A stretch of DNA of 64,000 nucleotides, taken from Simkaniaceae bacterium. GTDB lineage: Bacteria > Chlamydiota > Chlamydiia > Chlamydiales > Simkaniaceae. How positions within the stretch are numbered: position 1 is the stretch's first letter; each line of letters begins with the position of its first letter. The stretch covers positions 6,056 to 70,055 of the forward strand of contig JASJDV010000018.1 of NCBI GenBank assembly GCA_030064985.1, in the 5' to 3' direction. A program made the translations under genes and the position numbers. Under the pieces are notes generated by a model. The model was not told the DNA's origin, made no database searches, and saw nothing but the letters and a program-made list of their open reading frames with translations. Below are positions 18,730 through 27,339 of this stretch, piece after piece.

Positions 18730-21378
18730 ATGGCAACGAAACTTCTCGCTAAACAAAAACTCAAACATCCACAGGATTTGACGATCAGCTCGTTAGATCC
18801 TTTTTATAACCGTTCAAAGAACCTTACGATCCATTTAGCTAAGATGCGAGAGATATTGCTCTCATATTTTACCGATCCTTTGCCGTTTGAAGATAACACA
18901 TCTTTTGGCCGATGGCTCGAAGATACGATTCCTTGGACAACTTGGAGCCCTTTTGAGTCTGCCCCTGATGGTGTCACTCTTTTTTTCTTGGTCGACCATT
19001 TGGAGACTCTTCCCGCAGAAACTTTTCTTGTAGACATCATTAAAAATTTCCTTTTTCCCTACCAGAAAGTGATCATTTTTTCCTTTGACCACATAGCTTT
19101 TCGCTTTGATCATTGTCCGGGAAAAAGGCTTTTTGTTGGTGAGGCAAAGGTTTTCATTCAAAGTGAAGAACAAGCAAATACATTGAGAGAAAAGCTTCCC
19201 TTCTTACAAAAGGAAATCGATACAGTTTTTTCGAAAACAGGGGATCCGAGAGCTTTTTTAGCAACTAAGAACTTTTCTCTCGATACGAAACTGCATCTTG
19301 TTCGAGAATTCTTCATTCCGTTAATAAAACGCTTTCCTGAGCACCTCGATACCACTCTCTTTGAAAGACTCGCTTCTATTCAGACTCGTGCACCCAAAGA
19401 ATTTCTAAAAGATCGGTCCGCTGTTCACATTGGCAAGATCATTCTAAACTCTGTCTTCATTCAAAATTATGTGGAGACAGAAATCAAAATGTTCCCAACA
19501 AAAAGACATGTTAAGATCCGTTTCATACCTGGATATACTTCAGAGAAAAAACGGATTTTGGGTCTTTTTGTTGGAGTGAACTTTTTTAGTCAGTATGAGG
19601 TTTTTAATGAAAAGCATCTCTTAGCAGCGATTAAAACCTTGATTCCCGATGTGTTCATGATTTCAGGATCAACGTACGTTGCAAACCATTCCACTGATTG
19701 GATGACAACCCTGTATGTCGAACTAAAGAAAAATGATGGAACCAATTTAACACTGAATGATAGAAAACGCCTAAGCAAGTCATTACAAGAAGAGTTGAAA
19801 AAAAGAGTTCAGCATCCTGCCGCGCCCCCCTTTATGGCTCGTAATCAAGAAGAAATGATAAAGAACCTCGTGGTCCTTTCAAAAGAAATCACCGCAGTAA
19901 ATGATATTCCTCAAACGATGATCATTTTTGATCAAAGTTCTCAAGAAGAGCTAGTTTTTACAGTCCTCCTAGCGCGAGTGAAAAAAAAAGAGACGACTTT
20001 ATTGCAAAATCTTCTAAAAAGCGAGGGGTGTTCCGTTCGCTTTACGTTTGACCGGGTGCAAACGTTGAGATTTCTTGATGAAATGCATGCGGTTGAAGCA
20101 AACATCTTTCGCATGCAGATGGCAAAGGATCCAGCTTTTTTAAGAAAAGACTTTTCGGTGAATCTTTATTTAGCCAGACAAAAGATTGTGGCCCTTCTAG
20201 AAGAACGCTTAGGAGATATCCGCGACTACAACGGTGGGCTGCTCACTGTGCAAAATGAGATTTTTAACAAGTTCAAAAGTCTTTTCCAAGACACAGCGAT
20301 TTATGATCAAGAGCTGTTGGAAGATTTCTTTTATTCCTTAACCCCTATTGAAGCTCATACAACGGTTCCTGTTCAACTTTTATCCGATTTTTTTAAGCTT
20401 TTTCTGAAAATGAGCAAACAAGAAAGCCCGACGACTCGATCCTATCTTATCCAAGTGGATAAGCTTGAAAATGCTAAAGTCATTATCATTCGCATAGATA
20501 ATGCGAAGTTTTTTGCGCAATTTCAAGATCACATTGCAGTCAGCCAGTGTCAGCACCGCTCTTTGTTTTCTTTTGTTCTCAAATACGATCGCAACCATTA
20601 TCTAGGCTATCTTTACAAAGAACCCGATGAGAAAAAACAAAAATTTTTTGAGGAAACAGTCATAAAAACGTTAAAAAAATGTCAAGAGGAGCAAGATAAA
20701 GACCAAACTCTGAGGCTTCCTGGTATAAACGTTATTTCGCTTGACCCAAAAATTGGAGTAGATAAGCAGTCCTCTTTTGTGATTAACTTCCTTTTTGCAA
20801 CTTTGTTGTTGTTCGATAGTGACGGAGCCATGCACTTAGATTTGGCGGAAAGTTACGAAATCTTGCAAGACCAAAAAACGTATATTTTTAAGCTCAGAGA
20901 ATCCTATTGGTCAAATGGCGATCCTGTTGTGGCTTATGATTTCGAATATACTTGGAAGAAAATTTTATGCCCATCACTTTTGACTATTTTTTCCCATGTT
21001 CTTTATCCCATCAAAAACGCTAAAGCGGTAAAAGAAGGACGTTTTACAATCAATGAAGTGGGCATTACAGCTATTGATGAAAAAACGCTTGTTGTAGAAC
21101 TCGAATATCCAACGCCTTATTTCTTAAAACTTGTAGCAACTACCTTTTATTCACCCATCAATCATCGCGTTGATATGTTAGGACCTGAATGGCTGCTTGA
21201 AAAAGACGAAGATTTTGTTTGTAGTGGACCCTTTAAACTGAAAAATCCTATTTCAGGTTATGCGCGTGATTTAGAGAGAAACCCAGGGTATTGGAATCAA
21301 AAGAGTATCCAATTAAATCAAGCTGCCCTTAAGAACTTAAATACGAATCTCATTGCTAAAATGTTTCGTAATAAGTAA
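18730..21378 (+). CDS. Fusion ORF: ~650-aa unknown N-terminal domain plus N-terminal lobe of an OppA-like substrate-binding protein (array copy A, part 1)
   Basis: 882 aa. From about residue 651 (Cys codon at 20680) it is colinear with the mature part of the neighbouring OppA paralogs (LDP...SYWSNGDPVVAYDFEYTWKKIL...). There is no signal peptide. It ends at a TAA (21376-21378) that is in frame with the next ORF. Confidence 0.6.
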   Translation: MATKLLAKQKLKHPQDLTISSLDPFYNRSKNLTIHLAKMREILLSYFTDPLPFEDNTSFGRWLEDTIPWTTWSPFESAPDGVTLFFLVDHLETLPAETFLVDIIKNFLFPYQKVIIFSFDHIAFRFDHCPGKRLFVGEAKVFIQSEEQANTLREKLPFLQKEIDTVFSKTGDPRAFLATKNFSLDTKLHLVREFFIPLIKRFPEHLDTTLFERLASIQTRAPKEFLKDRSAVHIGKIILNSVFIQNYVETEIKMFPTKRHVKIRFIPGYTSEKKRILGLFVGVNFFSQYEVFNEKHLLAAIKTLIPDVFMISGSTYVANHSTDWMTTLYVELKKNDGTNLTLNDRKRLSKSLQEELKKRVQHPAAPPFMARNQEEMIKNLVVLSKEITAVNDIPQTMIIFDQSSQEELVFTVLLARVKKKETTLLQNLLKSEGCSVRFTFDRVQTLRFLDEMHAVEANIFRMQMAKDPAFLRKDFSVNLYLARQKIVALLEERLGDIRDYNGGLLTVQNEIFNKFKSLFQDTAIYDQELLEDFFYSLTPIEAHTTVPVQLLSDFFKLFLKMSKQESPTTRSYLIQVDKLENAKVIIIRIDNAKFFAQFQDHIAVSQCQHRSLFSFVLKYDRNHYLGYLYKEPDEKKQKFFEETVIKTLKKCQEEQDKDQTLRLPGINVISLDPKIGVDKQSSFVINFLFATLLLFDSDGAMHLDLAESYEILQDQKTYIFKLRESYWSNGDPVVAYDFEYTWKKILCPSLLTIFSHVLYPIKNAKAVKEGRFTINEVGITAIDEKTLVVELEYPTPYFLKLVATTFYSPINHRVDMLGPEWLLEKDEDFVCSGPFKLKNPISGYARDLERNPGYWNQKSIQLNQAALKNLNTNLIAKMFRNK

Positions 21379-21399
21379 CTTGATTATGTTGAGCCATAT

Positions 21400-22104
21400 G
21401 TGTACCCAATTAATCTTTTAGATTCCAATGTTTCAAAAGACAAAACCAATCGATATTGTTCTTCTCAAGTTTTAGGGTATTATTTAAATACGATTCATTT
21501 TCCTTTCAATCACGTAAACATTCGCAAATCCTTTTCTATGGCTTTGAATCGGCAAAAACATGTTGACTTTTGTTCAGAAGCAGAATTTGTGGCCTATACT
21601 CCTTTACCATATCAAATATCTCAATGTCTAGATAGCCCAGCTAAACTTCAACAGGATGAAACAAAAGCTAAAAAGCTTTTTGATGAGACTTTAGACAAAA
21701 TCGGGATGGAAATTGATGATTTTCCAACCATGCATATTTTTACCTCGAAGTTTTACTATCAAAGCGCTAAAATATCTAAAAGTCAGTGGGAAAAAGTTTT
21801 GGATGTGAAATGTACGATTGAAATTGTTGAGTTGGTAGATCTCATTAAAAGATGGAGAAGAGGAAACTATCAAATAGCGTTGCTTTCGTGGGTATCGTGG
21901 ATTGATGATCCTATTTATGTGTTGCAATCGTTTCAGTATGAAAACTATAAAATAAACCCTGTGAAATGGACAAACTACGATTTTAGGCACTATTTAGATC
22001 AATCAATGTGTACTAAAGACTTGACTAAAAGAGCTGAGCTTCTAATGAAAGCAGAAGAAATTTTGATAGAAGAGGCTGTTACTATTCCCATTTTTTATAT
22101 CTAA
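21400..22104 (+). CDS. C-terminal lobe of OppA-like protein, in-frame continuation of copy A (part 2)
   Basis: Same reading frame as 18730-21378, and the frame is open from 21379. It aligns with the second half of the intact paralogs (FPFNHVNIRKSFSMALNRQ...). It starts only at GTG with no clear SD, and it ends earlier than the intact copies (after IPIFYI). Confidence 0.5.
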   Translation: MYPINLLDSNVSKDKTNRYCSSQVLGYYLNTIHFPFNHVNIRKSFSMALNRQKHVDFCSEAEFVAYTPLPYQISQCLDSPAKLQQDETKAKKLFDETLDKIGMEIDDFPTMHIFTSKFYYQSAKISKSQWEKVLDVKCTIEIVELVDLIKRWRRGNYQIALLSWVSWIDDPIYVLQSFQYENYKINPVKWTNYDFRHYLDQSMCTKDLTKRAELLMKAEEILIEEAVTIPIFYI

Positions 22105-22241
22105 GTCTCAATATAATGAAATTTGTTTGTCATAATACAAGAGTGCTTTCTACGAAGTAAGTAAAAAATTTACAAAAATAATTGTAGATAACTCAGTTTT
22201 AAAGTAGTCTATTATTTTTGACAAAATAACACATACCCCGC

Positions 22242-23821
22242 ATGAAAAAACCACTGTTATTGTTTACAATTATTCCCTTACTTTTCTCCTGTGCAAAAAA
22301 AAAACAGAACCCAAACAAGTCGTTAAACTTGCAATTTCAGCTCCAGTCCGTTCGTTAAATCCTAGGATCTCGAATGACTCTCCCAGTTGTCATTTGATAA
22401 ACATGTTATACGAAGGGCTGATGCGATTAGGGCCAAAAGGAGAAATTATCCCAGGAGTTGCTGAGTCGTTCACGATTTCAGAAGACCAAAAAACCTATAC
22501 CTTTAAGCTTAGAGACTCTTACTGGTCAAATGGTGATCCTGTCACAGCTTATGATTTCGAATATGCTTGGAAGAAATCTGTGAATCCTTTGCATGCCAAA
22601 CCAAGTGCATTTATGTTTTATAAGATAAAAAATGTCAAAGCTTGCCTTGAAAAAAGGGTGGGTGTGGATGATGTTGGGATTGTGGCTCTTGATGAGAAAA
22701 CGTTAAAAGTAGAATTAGAGCATCCAGCACCCTATTTCCTATCACTTTGTGTGTACTCAGCCTGTGCACCGATTCATAAAGAAATTGACTTAACGGATTC
22801 CCAATGGGGCAATGATCTGAATAAAAATTTTGTAACGAATGGTCCCTTTTTACTCAAAGAGTGGAAGAAAGGTGTTGAGATCTATTTTGAAAAGAATCCA
22901 AGTTACTGGGATAGCCGTTCTATAAAAATCGGTGGGGTTCAAATTGCGATAGTTCCCGATGAAAATACCCAATTTTTAATGTATGAAAAAGGAGAGCTTG
23001 ATTGGATCGGTGAACCTATGAGTTCAATTCCGATAGATATTAAAGTAAATATGTATAAAAAAGGAGAGCTTCAAGCGGTGGATGCATTTAGCTTGCGTTG
23101 GCTATATTTAAATAACGAAAAGCCTCCTTTTAATAATAAGAACTTCCGCAAGGCGGTTTCCTATGCGATTAATCGACAAAGTCTTGTTGATCATATCTTT
23201 CAGTTGGGTGAAAAGCCAGCAATGGGAATTTTAAATGAGGATCTAGCTATCATTGATAAACCCCATTTTAAAGATGGCCATGTTGAACTTGCAAAAAAGC
23301 ACCTCAATCAAGCGCTTCTTGAAATGGGAATGACGCATGAAAATCTCCCTACTTTTACTTTAAGCCACCGTGATGGTGCCTCTAATTCAACACTTAATCA
23401 AGCTATTCAAAGACAACTCCATGTAAATTTAGGGCTTCATGTTGAAATCGATCGTGCAGATTGGCCGGTTTTTTTTGATCGAGTCCTTCAAGGTGACTAT
23501 GAGTGTGCGGAAATAAGATATTATTCACGGATTAAAGATCCTAGCTACATGCTTGATCCTTTCCGTTATCGGGATCCTTCTATAAATATGGCTCGTTGGG
23601 AACATCCAACTTATAAAAATCTTCTTGAGAAAGCGGATGATGAAATTGATCTTGAAAAACGACAGGAGTATCTGCACCTTGCTGAAGCGTTATTAATGGA
23701 AGAAATGCCTGTTGTTCCTCTTTGCTTTGATAAATTTCACTTTTTGTGTAACAAACACCTTAAAGGCATTTATATTTCTCCTTTAAGAGAATTTGATCTT
23801 CGCTACGCTTATTTTGAATAA
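22242..23821 (+). pseudogene. oppA: OppA-like lipoprotein disrupted by a frameshift in an A10 tract (array copy B)
   Basis: ATG 22242 encodes MKKPLLLFTIIPLLFSC (signal peptide plus lipobox). An A10 run (22295-22304) follows, and this frame stops at 22356-22358. The mature domain continues in another frame to 23821 (track ORF 22394-23821). One extra A would give a ~526-aa protein colinear with copy D. Confidence 0.75.
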
Positions 23822-23840
23822 CCCTTGTAACTCCATCCCA

Positions 23841-24584
23841 ATGTTTCGACTCCTGTTATTATTCATGATTATTCCTTTTCTTTCGTGCTCTGGTAAAAAA
23901 AACAAACAAGCCATTAAACTTGCAATTGCATCCCCAGTCCGTTCGTTAGACCCTGGAGTCGGAGTTGAATCCCCTAGTTGTCATCTGATAAAAATGTTAT
24001 ATGAAGGGTTGATGAGAGTGGGACCTAAAGGAGAAATTATCCCGGGGGTTGCTGAGTCGTTCACAACTTCAGAAGACCAAAAAACCTACACTTTTAAGCT
24101 TAGAGAATCCTATTGGTCAAATGGTGATCCTGTCGTGGCTTATGATTTCGAATATGCTTGGAAGAAAATTTTACAGCTACCAATCTTGTCTCCTTTCTCC
24201 TATCCTTTTTATTCCATTAAAAACGCTAGAGCGGTGAAAAACATGCAGGCTTCAATCGATGAAGTAGGGATTACAACCGTTGATGAAAAAACAATCGTTG
24301 TAGAACTCGAACATCCAACGTCTTATTTCTTAGAACTTATAGCAAGTTCCTTCTACGCACCCATCAATCATCGCATTGATGATTTAGACCCTAAATGGCT
24401 ACTTCAAAAAAACGAGCATTTTGTTTGTAATGGACCCTTTAAACAGAAAAATCCTAGTGCCGGTTGTTTGCATGATTTGGAGAAGAGCCCACCGTATTGG
24501 AATCATGATAATATCCTAATAAATCAAATAACCTTTAAGAGATTAAGCATGAATTCCTCTATTACCATGTTTAAGAAAAAGTAA
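23841..24584 (+). CDS. OppA-like lipoprotein, N-terminal lobe (array copy C, part 1)
   Basis: MFRLLLLFMIIPFLSCSGKK signal peptide plus lipobox, then an SBP N-lobe (LYEGLMRVGPKGEIIPGVAESF...SYWSNGDPVVAYDFEYAWKKIL). It ends at TAA 24582-24584, the same codon position as in copy A. Confidence 0.6.
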   Translation: MFRLLLLFMIIPFLSCSGKKNKQAIKLAIASPVRSLDPGVGVESPSCHLIKMLYEGLMRVGPKGEIIPGVAESFTTSEDQKTYTFKLRESYWSNGDPVVAYDFEYAWKKILQLPILSPFSYPFYSIKNARAVKNMQASIDEVGITTVDEKTIVVELEHPTSYFLELIASSFYAPINHRIDDLDPKWLLQKNEHFVCNGPFKQKNPSAGCLHDLEKSPPYWNHDNILINQITFKRLSMNSSITMFKKK

Positions 24585-24695
24585 CTTGACTGTATTAGGC
24601 CACATACGTATCCGACAGGCCCTTTACATTTCGACATCTCAACAAAAAAAATCATTCGAAATAATTCTCTTCAGATTTTATGGCAGTGTTTCAAT

Positions 24696-25418
24696 GTGCT
24701 TAATTTTCCTTTCAATCATTTAAACATTCGCAAAGCCTTTGCTATGGCGATTAATCGGCAAACACATATTGACCATCATTTAGGAGCAGAATTTGAGGCA
24801 TATACCCCCTTACCATATCAAATATCTCAATGTCTAGATAGTCCATTCAAAATCCAAGAGGATGCAACAAAAGCTAAAGAGCTTTTTGATGAGACTTTAT
24901 ACAAATTAGGGATAAAAATTGATGATTTTCCAGTCGTTCATATTTCTACCTCAATGTTTCATATTCAAAGCGCTAAAATACTTAAAAATCGGTGGGAAAA
25001 AGTGCTTGATGTGAACTGTAGGATTGAATTCAATGAATGGACAGAGCACATTAAAAAAATGAAACATGGAAACTATCAACTAGCGATGGCTTACTGGGCA
25101 TCGTGTTTTGATGATCCTTTTTATACATTGCAAGCGTTTGAAAATGAAAAACTCTTTACAGGATGGCTAAACCACGATTTTCAAAGCTATTTAAATCAAT
25201 CAGTACATACTGAAGACTTGGCTGAAAAAAGTAAGCTTCTGATGAAAGCAGAAGAACTTTTGCTGAAACAAGCGGTTGTTACTCCCATTTTTTATCTCTC
25301 AGATTTAACTATTGACCACCATGATCTTCGTACCAACGTATTTCCGCCTTGTGGTTCAATCGATTTTCCCAAAGTACACTCAAATCAACACTCATTCTCA
25401 AACAGGAACAATTCATAG
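24696..25418 (+). CDS. C-terminal lobe of OppA-like protein, in-frame continuation of copy C (part 2)
   Basis: Same frame as 23841-24584. The 37 codons between 24585 and 24695 contain no stop. It aligns with the second half of the intact paralogs (FPFNHLNIRKAFAMAINRQ...). It has only a GTG start and no clear SD. Confidence 0.5.
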   Translation: MLNFPFNHLNIRKAFAMAINRQTHIDHHLGAEFEAYTPLPYQISQCLDSPFKIQEDATKAKELFDETLYKLGIKIDDFPVVHISTSMFHIQSAKILKNRWEKVLDVNCRIEFNEWTEHIKKMKHGNYQLAMAYWASCFDDPFYTLQAFENEKLFTGWLNHDFQSYLNQSVHTEDLAEKSKLLMKAEELLLKQAVVTPIFYLSDLTIDHHDLRTNVFPPCGSIDFPKVHSNQHSFSNRNNS

Positions 25419-25519
25419 AAAATAGAAAAATTACTTCACTTCATTTAGTATCCCTTAGATATAGTAAAATTTAGTTTTTACGATCAAAAATATTAGAAAC
25501 AAACATCAGATGCCTAAAT

Positions 25520-27097
25520 ATGAAAAGTTTATCATTACTATTGATCATTCCCTTACTCTTCTCTTGTGCGGAAAAAGAAAAAAAACAGGAACCAAAGCAA
25601 GTCATTAAACTTGCATTTTCAGCTCCAGTCCAGTCTTTAGATCCTCGGAACTCGTTAGGCCCCTCCACTCATTTGTTAGACATGTTATATGAAGGACTGA
25701 TGCGATTAGGGCCTAAAGGAGAAATTATTCCGGGGGTTGCTGAATCGTTCACGATTTCAGAAGACCAAAAAACCTATACCTTTAAGCTTAGGAATTCCTA
25801 TTGGTCAAATGGAGATCCTGTTACAGCTTATGATTTCGAATATGCTTGGAAAAAATCTGTGAGTCCTTTGCAGGCTAGAGAAAGTGCATTTCTGTTTTAT
25901 GCGATCAAAAATGTTAAAGCCTGCCTTGAAAAGAAGGTGGGTGTGGATGATGTAGGGATTGTGGCTCTTGATGAGAAGACGTTAAAAGTGGAACTAGAGC
26001 ATCCGGCACCTTATTTCTTAGCACTTTGTGTGCGCTCAACCTACGCACCGATTCGTAAAGGAATTGAATTAAAGAATTTTAAATGGGGCAATGGTATGAA
26101 TGAAAATTTTGTGACAAACGGTCCTTTTTTAGTCAAAAGATGGAAAGAAGGTGAGATTTACGTTGAAAAAAATCCAAGTTATTGGGACAGCCGCTCTATG
26201 AAAATTGATGGAATTCAAATAGTGATAGTCCCCGATGGCAATACCCAATTTCTACTTTATGAGAAAGGAGAGCTTGATTGGGTTGGTCAACCTACTGGTT
26301 CAATTCCGCCAGATATTAGAGCGCATGCTTATAAAAAAGGAGAGCTTCAAGTGATGGACGCAGTTGGATTACATATGTTCTTTTTAAACAGCGAAAAACC
26401 TCCTTTTAATAATAAAAACTTCCGTAAGGCGCTTGCTTATGCGATTGATCGACAAAGTCTTGTTGATCATATCTTTCAACTAGGTGAAAAGCCAGCAATG
26501 GGAATTTTAAATGCCGATATAGCTGTTACTGACAAGCCCTATTTTGAAAATGGCAATATTGAACTTGCAAAAAAGCACCTCGATCGAGCGCTTCTTGAAA
26601 TGGGAATGGCACTAGAGGATCTTCCTACTCTTACCTTAAGCCAACGTGATGGTTCTTTCAATTTAACGGTTAATCAAGCTATTCAACAACAACTCCATGC
26701 AAATTTAGGACTTCATGTTGAAATCGATCAGTTAGATTTTCCGGTTCATATGAATCAGATGATTAAAGGTGATTATGAGATTGCGGACATAACATGGTCT
26801 TCAGTGATTAAAGATCCTAGCTATACGCTTAATGTTTTCCGTTATCGAAATTCTGATATGAATGTAAGTTTTTGGGAACATCTAACGTATCAAGACCTTC
26901 TTAAAGAAGCGGATGAGGAGATTGATCTTGAAAAACGACGGGAGCATCTGCACCTTGCTGAAATGTTATTAATGGAAGAAATGCCTGTTATCCCTCTTTG
27001 CTTTAGTAAGATTTACTTTGCGTGTAACAAACACCTTAAGGGTGTGTATATTTCTTCTTTGAAAGAGATTGATTTTCGCTACGCTTATTTTGAATAA
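25520..27097 (+). CDS. oppA: Oligopeptide-binding lipoprotein, ABC transporter substrate-binding protein family 5 (array copy D, intact)
   Basis: 525 aa. MKSLSLLLIIPLLFSC lipoprotein signal followed by a full-length SBP with no interruptions. It is the reference for aligning copies A, B and C. Confidence 0.9.
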   Translation: MKSLSLLLIIPLLFSCAEKEKKQEPKQVIKLAFSAPVQSLDPRNSLGPSTHLLDMLYEGLMRLGPKGEIIPGVAESFTISEDQKTYTFKLRNSYWSNGDPVTAYDFEYAWKKSVSPLQARESAFLFYAIKNVKACLEKKVGVDDVGIVALDEKTLKVELEHPAPYFLALCVRSTYAPIRKGIELKNFKWGNGMNENFVTNGPFLVKRWKEGEIYVEKNPSYWDSRSMKIDGIQIVIVPDGNTQFLLYEKGELDWVGQPTGSIPPDIRAHAYKKGELQVMDAVGLHMFFLNSEKPPFNNKNFRKALAYAIDRQSLVDHIFQLGEKPAMGILNADIAVTDKPYFENGNIELAKKHLDRALLEMGMALEDLPTLTLSQRDGSFNLTVNQAIQQQLHANLGLHVEIDQLDFPVHMNQMIKGDYEIADITWSSVIKDPSYTLNVFRYRNSDMNVSFWEHLTYQDLLKEADEEIDLEKRREHLHLAEMLLMEEMPVIPLCFSKIYFACNKHLKGVYISSLKEIDFRYAYFE

Positions 27098-27263
27098 CCT
27101 GTGTAACACTAGCCCGATTTTCGACTCTTTTACAGCTTCAGGAAATGATAGGCTATGCAGTATATTTAGCAGGTTTACTTGTTTCTATAATGGGAGTTGT
27201 CTTATTACAGTTTTCATGAAAGAGGTTGTTGTAACCCCCATTTTTTATCTCCATTCTGCCTAG
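27098..27263 (+). pseudogene. Deletion remnant of a further split-type OppA paralog (array copy E)
   Basis: The junction after copy D (AACCTGTGTAACACTAGCCCGATTTTCGACTC) mirrors the junction and start of copy C (AACCCTTGTAACTCCATCCCAATGTTTCGACTC), but the ATG is lost. 27222-27263 encodes KEVVVTPIFYLHSA*, matching the C-terminal PIFY block of copies A and C. Everything in between is missing. Confidence 0.55.
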
Positions 27264-27339
27264 GATGATTTGCCTCACTTGCCTCGTACTTTCTAAAAAT
27301 TGTCGTGCGCAAAGCTCTTAGGTGTTACACTTGACTGTC

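Noticed and set aside
24570-24590. The A-rich string AAGAAAAAGTAA at the copy C stop, considered as a programmed -1 frameshift site of the dnaX A-AAA-AAG type.
   Set aside because: The downstream lobe is in the zero frame, so no frameshift is needed. Copy A has no A-run at the same place (CGTAATAAGTAA).
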